Shown: in pieces, positions 24,076 to 31,830 of the stretch
Layout of the letters: each line of letters opens with the position of its first letter
Position numbering within the stretch: position 1 is the first letter of the stretch
DNA from: Candidatus Electronema halotolerans
Lineage (GTDB): Bacteria; Desulfobacterota; Desulfobulbia; Desulfobulbales; Desulfobulbaceae
Assembly: GCA_942493095.1 (NCBI GenBank)
Contig: OW818675.1
Coordinates: 1,230,001-1,262,000 of the forward strand
DNA: 32,000 nt
Direction: 5' to 3'
Position numbers and translations under genes: made by a program
The notes under the pieces: model-generated
What the model saw: only the letters and a program-made list of their open reading frames with translations
The model's database searches: none
What the model was told of the DNA's origin: nothing

Positions 24076-24921
24076 ATGATCTTTTTCACCACCCAAGAAA
24101 TCGAAGCATGGATCAACGAGGATGCGCCTTTGGTTGATCTGACCAGTCATTTGCTCAAGATCAGCGATCAGCCCGCCCGGCTGACGGTTGTCACCCGCCA
24201 CCCGACCCGCGTTGCCCTGACTGAAGAGGCCGGACGAATCTTCGAGATTCTCGGCGGCACAGTCAAAAGTATGGTTGCTTCCGGGCAAGATGCGGCGGCC
24301 AAGACCGTGATCTTGGAGGTGGAAGGGCCAGCCGCTGCCCTGCACCGGGGCTGGAAAGTTGCTATGAATCTGCTGGAATATATGTGCGGTGTGGCAGGCC
24401 GGACAGCAGAGATGGTCAAAAAGGTGGAAGCCTGCGCCAAGATTCCTCTGCTCGTGACCCGCAAGCATCAGCCGGGCCTGAAAAAGCCGCTGCTCAAAGC
24501 TGTTCTGGCAGGCGGCGCGTATGCGCACCGGCTCGGCCTGTCGGAAACGGTGCTGATCTTTGCCAATCATCTCCGGCTGCTCGGCGGCAGGGAAGCCTTG
24601 CCAGCCCTATTAGCAGAGATGAAGGCTGCGGCCTGCGAACAGAAAATCACCGTGGAATGCGATGACTTGACCCAAGCAATGCAAGCGGCTGAGGCGGGCG
24701 CGGATTCAGTTCAGTTTGACAAGGTGCCGCCGGAGCAGCTTGCGGCTTGGTGCGCGGAATTGAAGAGCCGCTTTGCTCATCTGATTATCCTGAGCGCGGG
24801 CGGAGTCGGGCCGGACAATGTGCAGGACTATGCCCGCACTGGCGTGGACGGCATTGTTCTCAGCTCGATTTTTCATGCCAAGCCCGCTGATCTTGGCGTG
24901 ACCATTGAGCCGCTGCCATGA
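24076..24921 (+). CDS. modD: ModD (quinolinate-phosphoribosyltransferase-like molybdenum transport protein)
   Basis: ATG 24076 follows GGAGGA. MIFFTTQEIEAWINEDAPLVDLTS and the QPRT-like body (TRKHQPGLKKPLLKAVLAGGAYAHRLGLSE...ECDDLTQAMQAAEAGADSVQFDK) are present. Confidence 0.78.
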   Translation: MIFFTTQEIEAWINEDAPLVDLTSHLLKISDQPARLTVVTRHPTRVALTEEAGRIFEILGGTVKSMVASGQDAAAKTVILEVEGPAAALHRGWKVAMNLLEYMCGVAGRTAEMVKKVEACAKIPLLVTRKHQPGLKKPLLKAVLAGGAYAHRLGLSETVLIFANHLRLLGGREALPALLAEMKAAACEQKITVECDDLTQAMQAAEAGADSVQFDKVPPEQLAAWCAELKSRFAHLIILSAGGVGPDNVQDYARTGVDGIVLSSIFHAKPADLGVTIEPLP

Positions 24922-25586
24922 AAGCACTCCATTTTGACCTGCGCGGCAGGCTGGCCAGCGCAGCCGGGCCACTGAACGTGCATTGGCGCAAAGAACTGGC
25001 CCCTGGCAGCACCATTGTTCTCAGCGGCGAGTCAGGCAGCGGCAAGACCACCCTGCTGCGTGCGCTCTGCGGCCTGCCCGCGCAGGTGAGCGGCACAGTG
25101 GCTTGGGGAGAGGCACTCTGGCAGACCGAGGAAAAAATCCGCGTCCCGATTCAGCGGCGGCGGCTCGGCCTGATGTTTCAGCAGTATGGCCTGTTCCCGC
25201 ACAAGACCGTGCGCCAGCAGCTTGAATTTGCCTACAAAGACCCGGAGCGAGTCGAGCTGTGCCTGCGCAAGACCGAGCTGCTCCAGTTTGCCGATGTTCT
25301 GCCCAGCCGTCTTTCCGGCGGTCAGCAGCAGAGGCTGGCCTTGGCCCGCAGTCTGATGCGGCGGCCCGACCTGCTCATTCTTGACGAGCCGGTCAGCGCA
25401 TTGGATGTGCAGTTCCGGGAAAAAATGATCAACTGGCTGGCCGAGGAACGCAGCCAGCGGCCCTTCACCCTGCTGGTGGTCAGCCATCATCCGGCGGAGT
25501 GGGATCCGCTTTGTCCGGCCCAGTGGCAGATGGCGCAGGGGGAATTGTCAGATTTGCCAGCAGAGAGGCACGACCGCAGCCATTGA
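24918..25586 (+). CDS. modC: ABC transporter ATPase, short form without a C-terminal Mop/TOBE domain
   Basis: Walker A GESGSGKTTLL, signature LSGGQQQRLALARSL, Walker B LLILDEP. ATGA overlap with modD. Confidence 0.85.
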   Translation: MKALHFDLRGRLASAAGPLNVHWRKELAPGSTIVLSGESGSGKTTLLRALCGLPAQVSGTVAWGEALWQTEEKIRVPIQRRRLGLMFQQYGLFPHKTVRQQLEFAYKDPERVELCLRKTELLQFADVLPSRLSGGQQQRLALARSLMRRPDLLILDEPVSALDVQFREKMINWLAEERSQRPFTLLVVSHHPAEWDPLCPAQWQMAQGELSDLPAERHDRSH

Positions 25587-25626
25587 GCTGCTGTGAATGA
25601 AATCATTCGGCAAAAGCCTGACACGT

Positions 25627-25825
25627 CTAACTCAGCATGTCCAACCGACGCTGATGCCGTCCGCCGGAGAACTCTGTTTTCACCCAAGTGCGCACGATCT
25701 CGCAGGCCAGCTCCGGGCCGATCACCCTGCCGCCGAGACAAAGCACATTGGCATTGTTGTGCTCGCGGCTCATCCGGGCCGTGAAGGCTTCGTGGCAGAG
25801 CGCAGCCCGGATTTCCCGGTTGGCG
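25627..25825 (-). pseudogene. orphan copy of the rpiB 3' end
   Basis: It encodes [63 protein letters not shown], which differs from the intact rpiB C-terminus at one residue. There is no 5' part. It is the direct-repeat partner of 26838-27044. Confidence 0.8.
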
Positions 25826-26801
25826 TTATTTTTCAATAATTAAATACAAATAATCGTCAAAAAAACCTTCATGAATATGCGGATACATTTTCGTCAAGAC
25901 AGACTTGTATTTCCTCTCAATCCATGTTTTCTTTGCTTTGTACCGCCACCCTTCAAACGAGGACAAGCTGCTTAATATATTCAATTTGCTCGCACTGTCA
26001 ATCGTCATTTCAATTTCATGAAAGCTCACTCCTCGTCCTCTTCTTAAAAAAATGTTCCATTTTCAGTTCATTATATTCTGTATATAACTCTTTAAAATTT
26101 TCTCTTGAACTGAATTTTGAATACAAAAAGGCAAGTTCGTTTGGAAGCCAGTTGAAAAAAGGCAGTCTTGATGTGTGACTGTCAAAATACCATAGTCGAT
26201 TTGGTGTTTCAGTAATAATTAGCAATCCTCCAGAAGGAAGCATATCCCAAGAGTCCTTTAGAGACGATAACCTTTCATCTATTGTCATGTGTTCAAGACA
26301 GGCGAAAAAAACAATCATATCAAAACGTTCTGCTTCAAAAAAAGTTCTAATTTCTTGAGCATTCATCGCTTTGAATTCCGCATTCACCTCATAAACTTTA
26401 GCTCGTTGTTTTGCAACAAGCAATGCGCCATCATCAATATCAACACCTGTAACTCTTGCTCCTTGTTCAGCAAAAGCGATAGATGAAGAACCTGTGCCGC
26501 ATCCTATCTCTAGGATATTTTTATTTTTTAAAGAACAGGCATCATCTATCCAAGGAATAACTGTTTTTCTATCACTTTCAAGGCGTTCATGCAAGTGGGC
26601 AGCAATATCTGCCTTATATGCTTCAGGGGAATAACATTCTTTGCTTCTCCATCCTGTATGATAATTTTTTTCGAGAGAGGCTTTGATTAAGGATGCCCCA
26701 TCTTCTTGAATGGATATAAAATTTTCAGATAAATGTTTTGGAACAGGAAATAGAACTTTTCTTGCAACACGCTTAACAGGTTCTTGGATATATCTCAACA
26801 T
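25826..26801 (-). pseudogene. class I SAM-dependent methyltransferase split by a frameshift at an A7/T7 tract
   Basis: SAM motif ILEIGCGTGSSSIAFAEQGARVTGVDID. ORFs 26016-26801 and 25826-26029 overlap. Removing one base of the homopolymer at 26046-26052 joins them into one ORF of about 324 aa (...EHFLRRGRGVSFHEIEMTIDS...). Strongly AT-rich. Confidence 0.7.
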
Positions 26802-26838
26802 GATATCTTGACCATTCTGAATTTAATCTGTGCCCCTT
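25826..26838 (-). mobile_element. 1-kb AT-rich promoterless cassette flanked by 200-bp direct repeats of the rpiB 3' end
   Basis: The repeats are 25626-25825 and 26838-27044, with about 3 substitutions and one 6-nt indel. The cassette begins at the rpiB stop codon and ends exactly at the methyltransferase stop codon. No recombinase gene is present. Confidence 0.45.
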
Positions 26839-27264
26839 CTAACTCAGCATGTCCAACCGACGCTGATGCCGTCCGCCGGAGAACTCTGTCCGCACCCAAG
26901 TGCGCACAATCTCGCAGGCCAGCTCCGGGCCGATCACCCTGCCGCCGAGACAAAGCACATTGGCGTTGTTGTGCTCGCGGCTCATCCGGGCCGTGAAGGC
27001 TTCGTGGCAGAGCGCAGCCCGGATTTCCCGGTACCGGTTGGCGGCAATGGACATGCCAATGCCAGTGCCGCAGATGAGAATGCCGCGCTCGCAAGCCCCT
27101 GATTTCACCAAGGCGCAGACTTTTTCGGCAAAATCAGGATAATCCACGGATTGGCAATCATGACAGCCCACAGATTCAACTTCCACCGCCAAATCTTGAA
27201 GGCAGCCAAGCACCACCTGCTTCAGCTCAAAACCGCCGTGATCACTGCCCAGTGCAATTTTCAT
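26839..27264 (-). CDS. rpiB: ribose-5-phosphate isomerase B
   Basis: MKIALGSDHGGFELK...ILICGTGIGMSIAANR...[16 protein letters not shown] is canonical RpiB/LacAB. I preferred ATG 27264 (GAGGA upstream) over the upstream TTG at 27279. Confidence 0.9.
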   Translation of the reverse strand: MKIALGSDHGGFELKQVVLGCLQDLAVEVESVGCHDCQSVDYPDFAEKVCALVKSGACERGILICGTGIGMSIAANRYREIRAALCHEAFTARMSREHNNANVLCLGGRVIGPELACEIVRTWVRTEFSGGRHQRRLDMLS

Positions 27265-27268
27265 AATC

Positions 27269-28519
27269 TCAGTCCTCAAACCGCTTCATAATAATGACCG
27301 CATTGGTGCCGCCGAAGCCAAAGGAGTTGGACATCGCCGCCCGGATGCGCATTTCGCGGGCTGCATTCGGCACATAGTCCAAATCGCAGGCCGGATCAGG
27401 ATGTTCATAATTCATGGTTGGCGGAGCGCACTGATGCTGCATGGTCAGCGCGGTGAAAGCCGCCTCAATGCCGCCTGCGCCGCCGAGCATGTGCCCGGTC
27501 ATAGACTTGGTCGAGCTGATCGCCAATGTGCAAGCGTGGTCGCCAAAAACCGTCTTGATTGCTTTGGTCTCACAGCTGTCATTAAGCGGCGTGGAGGTGC
27601 CGTGCGCATTGATGTAGTCAATCTCGTCCGGGTTCATGCCTGCGGTGCGCAAAGCCATTGCCATGCAGCGGGCCGCGCCTTCGCCGTCCTCTGGCGGGGC
27701 AGCAATGTGGTAAGCATCGCTGCTCAGGCCGTAGCCGACTATTTCCGCATAAATTTTCGCTCCCCGTGCTCGTGCCGATTCCAGCTCCTCAAGCACAATC
27801 ATGCCCGATCCTTCCGCAATGATGAAGCCGTCCCGGTCCCGGTCAAAAGGCCGCGAGGCATGTTCGGGATCGTCGTTGCGGGTGGAAAGCGCCTTCATCG
27901 CCGCAAAACCGCCCACAGTCAGCGGACTTACAACTGACTCAGCACCACCAGTGACAGCAATGTCACAACTGCCGAAAAGAATATGCTTGTACGCCTCACC
28001 GACTGCATGGGTGCCAGCGGCGCAGGCGGTTGAAAGAGCCAGATTCGGCCCTTTGGCACCTAAGCGCATGGAGATGTGCCCGGACGGCATGTTGGGAATC
28101 ATGCGCGGCACGAGAAAGGGCGTGATCCGGCGCGGCCCCTTGGTCAGCAGAACAGAGTGATATTCCTCGATGGTGGGCATGCCGCCCATGCCGCAGCCGG
28201 TGATCACGCCGACCCGCTCCTGCAAGGCCTCGGAAATCTCCAAGCCGCTGTCCTGCACAGCCATGTCTGCTGCGGCCACGGCGTACTGGACAAACAGGTC
28301 AAGATTCTTAACCTGTTTTGGCTCAAACCAGCGTTCAGGCGTGAAATCCTTGACCTCAGCGGCAATTTGCGCGGCATGGGCCGAGGCATCAAAACGGGTG
28401 ATCGGCCCGATGCCGCTGCGCCCGTTCATCAGCCCCTGCCATGTTTTCTCTGTGCCAGTGCCCAATGGGGTCACCAGCCCGATTCCGGTCACCACAACCC
28501 GTCGTTTCATCCTCTTCAT
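27269..28519 (-). CDS. fabF: 3-oxoacyl-ACP synthase II
   Basis: RRVVVTGIGLVTPLG...STACAAGTHA...NAHGTSTPLND...SNSFGFGGTNA carries the KAS II catalytic Cys-His-His context. Confidence 0.93.
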   Translation of the reverse strand: MKRMKRRVVVTGIGLVTPLGTGTEKTWQGLMNGRSGIGPITRFDASAHAAQIAAEVKDFTPERWFEPKQVKNLDLFVQYAVAAADMAVQDSGLEISEALQERVGVITGCGMGGMPTIEEYHSVLLTKGPRRITPFLVPRMIPNMPSGHISMRLGAKGPNLALSTACAAGTHAVGEAYKHILFGSCDIAVTGGAESVVSPLTVGGFAAMKALSTRNDDPEHASRPFDRDRDGFIIAEGSGMIVLEELESARARGAKIYAEIVGYGLSSDAYHIAAPPEDGEGAARCMAMALRTAGMNPDEIDYINAHGTSTPLNDSCETKAIKTVFGDHACTLAISSTKSMTGHMLGGAGGIEAAFTALTMQHQCAPPTMNYEHPDPACDLDYVPNAAREMRIRAAMSNSFGFGGTNAVIIMKRFED

Positions 28520-28563
28520 CCTGTTGAGTTGGCGGATTCTGCGCCCATGCCGCGCCAGTCTGA

Positions 28564-28806
28564 CTATTCCTGATGCCCTTCCACGTAGTTGATCGCATCC
28601 TGAACAGTCTTGAGCTTCTCGGCATCATCGTCCGGGATTTCGATGTCAAACGCCTCTTCCATAGCCATGATCAGCTCAACCTGATCCAAGGAGTCTGCGC
28701 CAAGATCGTCAACAAAAGAAGCCTTGGGAATCACCTTCTCCTTGTCAACACTGAGCTGTTCAACAATGATATCAATCATCTTTTCTGTAGATGCCGCCAT
28801 GCTCAT
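28564..28806 (-). CDS. acpP: acyl carrier protein
   Basis: [20 protein letters not shown] contains the phosphopantetheine Ser motif. An alternative start at 28800 has better RBS spacing. Confidence 0.93.
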   Translation of the reverse strand: MSMAASTEKMIDIIVEQLSVDKEKVIPKASFVDDLGADSLDQVELIMAMEEAFDIEIPDDDAEKLKTVQDAINYVEGHQE

Positions 28807-28836
28807 TTCTCCTGAGTTCTTTTATCCAAATAAGGG

Positions 28837-28858
28837 GGGCAGACCCCTGTGTCTGCCC
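28837..28858 (-). other. 8-bp-stem hairpin between fabG and acpP
   Basis: GGGCAGAC (28837-28844) pairs with GTCTGCCC (28851-28858). Possibly an intra-operon attenuator or processing element. Confidence 0.3.
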
Positions 28859-28895
28859 GGTTTATCCAACCTGTCCAACAAAAAAGCTGCTGCCT

Positions 28896-29645
28896 TTAAT
28901 TGCCCATGTGCATGCCGCCGTTGACATGCAGGGTCTGGCCGGTGATGTAGCCGCTCTCCTCAGAGGCGAGAAAGGCTGCTGCGCTGGCCACGTCGTCCGG
29001 CGTGCCAAGGCTGCCCAGAGGAATGGCCGCCAAAAGGTGCTCTTTCAGCTCCTCTTTCAAATCAGCTGTCATATCCGTGACAATATAGCCAGGCGCGACG
29101 CAGTTGACCGTGATCTGGCGCGAGGCCAGCTCCTTGGCCATTGATTTGGTCAGACCGATCAATCCGGCCTTGGCTGCGGCGTAGTTGACTTGGCCCGCGT
29201 TGCCGGTGCAGCCGATCACAGAGGTGATGTTGATGATCCGGCCCCAGCGGTGCTTCATCATGCCGCGCATGACTTCCTTGGCGCAGAGGAAGGCTCCTTT
29301 GAGATTGGTGTTCAGAACTGCGTCCCAATCCTCGTCCTTCATTCTGGCCATCAGGCTGTCTCTGTTGATGCCCGCGTTGTTGATCAGGATGTCAATGCCG
29401 CCGTGTTTGGCCGTGATCATTCTGACTGCGTTTTGCACTGCCGCACTGTCGGCCACGTCAAAGCCAATGACAAAGCCCTTGCCGCCAGCAGCGGTGATTT
29501 CTGCCAAGACTTCCTCGGCAGCAGCGGCGTTGCTGATATAGTTGATGCCGACATTCACACCCTGAGTTGCCAGCTTCAGGCAGATGGCTTTGCCAATGCC
29601 CCGGCTGCCGCCGGTGACCAAGGCGGTTTTTCCTGCAAGTGTCAT
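28896..29645 (-). CDS. fabG: 3-oxoacyl-ACP reductase
   Basis: KTALVTGGSRGIGKAI...NNAG...YAAAKAG is the SDR pattern typical of FabG. Confidence 0.92.
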   Translation of the reverse strand: MTLAGKTALVTGGSRGIGKAICLKLATQGVNVGINYISNAAAAEEVLAEITAAGGKGFVIGFDVADSAAVQNAVRMITAKHGGIDILINNAGINRDSLMARMKDEDWDAVLNTNLKGAFLCAKEVMRGMMKHRWGRIINITSVIGCTGNAGQVNYAAAKAGLIGLTKSMAKELASRQITVNCVAPGYIVTDMTADLKEELKEHLLAAIPLGSLGTPDDVASAAAFLASEESGYITGQTLHVNGGMHMGN

Positions 29646-30835
29646 AGACTGCGCTGCTCCCGTATTTTTTCTGTCAATAAGGGCAGAATTTCAAACAGAT
29701 CACCTACTAAGCCGTAGGTGGCAAGATCAAAAATCGGGGCCTTTTCGTCCCGATTGATGGCAATAATGGTTTCTGCCGACTGCATTCCGACGGTATGCTG
29801 CACTGCGCCGGAAATGCCGCAGGCAATGTAGAGTTTGGGGCTGACGGTCTTGCCGGTCTGGCCGACTTGGCAGGGATAACCGATCCAGCCTGAATCCACG
29901 GCAGCCCGCGAGGCGGAAACTGCGCCATGCAGTTCTGTGGCCAGTTCTTGGAGCAGGGCAAAACCCTTCTCGTTCCCCAAACCGCGTCCGCCGCTGACCA
30001 GCACCTCAACCTCTTGAATATTGGCCTCCTGCGCCTGGCTGAACACGGTTTCCAGTACCTCGATTTTCGAGGCCAGCAGTTCCGGGGCAAGCTGGACTTT
30101 GATCACCTCGCCGCTGCGGGCCGCATCGGGCTGGGCCGGAGCCATGACATTGGGCCGCACCGTCGCCATTTGCGGGCGGGACTGCGGGCATTCAATGGTG
30201 GCCATGATGTTGCCGCCAAAGGCCGGGCGGGTTTGCAGGAGCACGCCGTCTTCCGGGCGGACAGCCAAGGCAGTGCAGTCAGCGGTCAGACCCGCGCCTA
30301 AAGCATTTGCCACCTGCGGGATGACCGAGCGGCCTATGGCGGTTGCTCCGGCCAGCACCACTTCCGGCTTGTACTGGACAATCATATATTCCAGCACCTT
30401 GCCGTACACATCTTCTCGATACTGAGCCAAGGCCGGATCATCGGCCAGCAGGACTTTGTCCGCACCAGCAGCGATCAGGTCAGCAGTTTTATTCTCAACA
30501 TCGGCTCCGAGCAAAACGGCGGTCAATGCAGTGCCGCGCTGGTCAGCCAGCTTTCTGCCAATGCCAAGCAGCTCAAAGGCCACTGGCGCAATGCTGCCGT
30601 GCCGGGCTTCGGCAAAGACCCAGATGCCGGACCATGCAGACAGATCGCTTGGCGCGACTTTCTCGGCGGTTTCAATGCGCAGAGCACCCGGCTCGCAGTT
30701 GTCCACGCAGGAGCCGCAGAGGGTGCAGTTGTCGCCGACTGCGGCAACGCCGTCTTTGAGGGTGATGGCTCCAAAGGCGCAGTTGGCTTCGCAAACTCCG
30801 CAGCCGATACATAAGGTGGTGTCAATTATGAGCAT
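29642..30835 (-). CDS. etfA: electron transfer flavoprotein alpha subunit with an N-terminal 2x[4Fe-4S] ferredoxin domain
   Basis: The N-terminus has CIGCGVCEANC...CTLCGSCVDNC. The EtfA body includes VSGGRGLG...RAAVDSGW...QVGQTGKTVSPKLYIACGISGAVQH. The stop overlaps the fabG start (ATGA). Confidence 0.85.
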   Translation of the reverse strand: MLIIDTTLCIGCGVCEANCAFGAITLKDGVAAVGDNCTLCGSCVDNCEPGALRIETAEKVAPSDLSAWSGIWVFAEARHGSIAPVAFELLGIGRKLADQRGTALTAVLLGADVENKTADLIAAGADKVLLADDPALAQYREDVYGKVLEYMIVQYKPEVVLAGATAIGRSVIPQVANALGAGLTADCTALAVRPEDGVLLQTRPAFGGNIMATIECPQSRPQMATVRPNVMAPAQPDAARSGEVIKVQLAPELLASKIEVLETVFSQAQEANIQEVEVLVSGGRGLGNEKGFALLQELATELHGAVSASRAAVDSGWIGYPCQVGQTGKTVSPKLYIACGISGAVQHTVGMQSAETIIAINRDEKAPIFDLATYGLVGDLFEILPLLTEKIREQRSL

Positions 30836-30841
30836 ATTTCG

Positions 30842-31408
30842 TTATAAATTTCTAAAAAATTCTTCGCGTTCAGATTGGGGCATTGCTTTAATTGCTTTCA
30901 TTTCATCCGCTGAAAAGACTTGACACCGTACTTCTGCGCTAATACCAACTGAGACTGCAACACCAACAAAAACTTTCTCTAAGAACCGTAAAACGTACTG
31001 ACTGGTCGTACTGCTTGGATTAAGAATAACATGATGAATATTTTCATGAGCGGCTATTTTTTTCGCTCCCTTCTGCAAATCAATGGGCGTAACAACAATC
31101 CCGCCTTGGGCACCTGTATCTTGAATACTGTAGGCAAGTGAGCCAAGTATTGCTTGATTAAGCCGACCTTTTCGATGCTTACATTCAACAATCAGAAAGC
31201 CTTCGCCATTCTTGGAAACACCTTTGGCATCAAGTTCCCAATCCGTGCCAGACGCTCCTGTAACACACTGCTTCCCTTCTACGCATTCAAGGCCAAAGTG
31301 CTCTGCAAATTCATTCAGCAGATACGTTGCAACCTCTTCGTATGATTGCCACGCTTTTTTTTCAGACATTGCCACACCTTCTATCAAATACCATAAATAA
31401 CCAATCAT
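30842..31408 (-). CDS. Mrr-cat-like restriction endonuclease domain protein
   Basis: GTDWELDAKG...FLIVECKHRKGRLNQAILGSLAYSIQDTGAQGGIVVTPIDLQKGAKKIAAHENIHHVIL fits the D...ExK core and the C-terminal pattern of Mrr_cat. The start at 31408 overlaps the PIN gene stop (ATGA). ATG 31369 is an alternative start. AT-rich. Confidence 0.72.
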   Translation of the reverse strand: MIGYLWYLIEGVAMSEKKAWQSYEEVATYLLNEFAEHFGLECVEGKQCVTGASGTDWELDAKGVSKNGEGFLIVECKHRKGRLNQAILGSLAYSIQDTGAQGGIVVTPIDLQKGAKKIAAHENIHHVILNPSSTTSQYVLRFLEKVFVGVAVSVGISAEVRCQVFSADEMKAIKAMPQSEREEFFRNL

Positions 31409-31830
31409 GCAAATGGATTGACTATTTTTGTCCTCTCAAGGACAAAACCATCTTGCATATCTTCGGAATATAAAATGTCTGCGCCGCTTTGGACAGCACA
31501 GACAACAACAAGGCTATCCCAGAAAGAAAAATTATGATTCTCGCGTAGCTCTGAAGATTTTATCAGAATTTCCTTGTCAATCCCTACTACTTCATATCTG
31601 TCATAAAAACTCTGAATAAGTTCTCTCGCTTCTCCCTCGGAAAACTTAACCTTTCTGATAAGATTGGAGCAAACTTCGTTTATTATCTGCGTACTGACCG
31701 CAATTGATTGATTTTGAATCAAAGCTGTTGCGATATTCGCCTTGCGAGCATCTTGTGTCTCGATAAAAGCATACAGCCAGATATTCGAGTCAACAAAGCA
31801 AATCCCGCTTTGTTCATCAGCCACGGTCAT
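31405..31830 (-). CDS. vapC: PIN-domain toxin (VapC-like)
   Basis: ICFVDSNIWLYAF...QIINEVCSNL...FWDSLVVVCAVQSGADILYSEDMQDG carries the PIN acidic residues in the usual order. Confidence 0.82.
   Translation of the reverse strand: MTVADEQSGICFVDSNIWLYAFIETQDARKANIATALIQNQSIAVSTQIINEVCSNLIRKVKFSEGEARELIQSFYDRYEVVGIDKEILIKSSELRENHNFSFWDSLVVVCAVQSGADILYSEDMQDGFVLERTKIVNPFA

Noticed and set aside
25627-25836. 69-aa ORF treated as a gene
   Set aside because: Its start is an artefactual TTG inside the cassette junction. The rest is a duplicated rpiB C-terminus without the catalytic N-terminal half, so I called it a pseudogene fragment.
27265-27279. Upstream TTG start for rpiB overlapping fabF
   Set aside because: RpiB families begin MKIA(I/L)GSDH. 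The ATG at 27264 has a GAGGA upstream.
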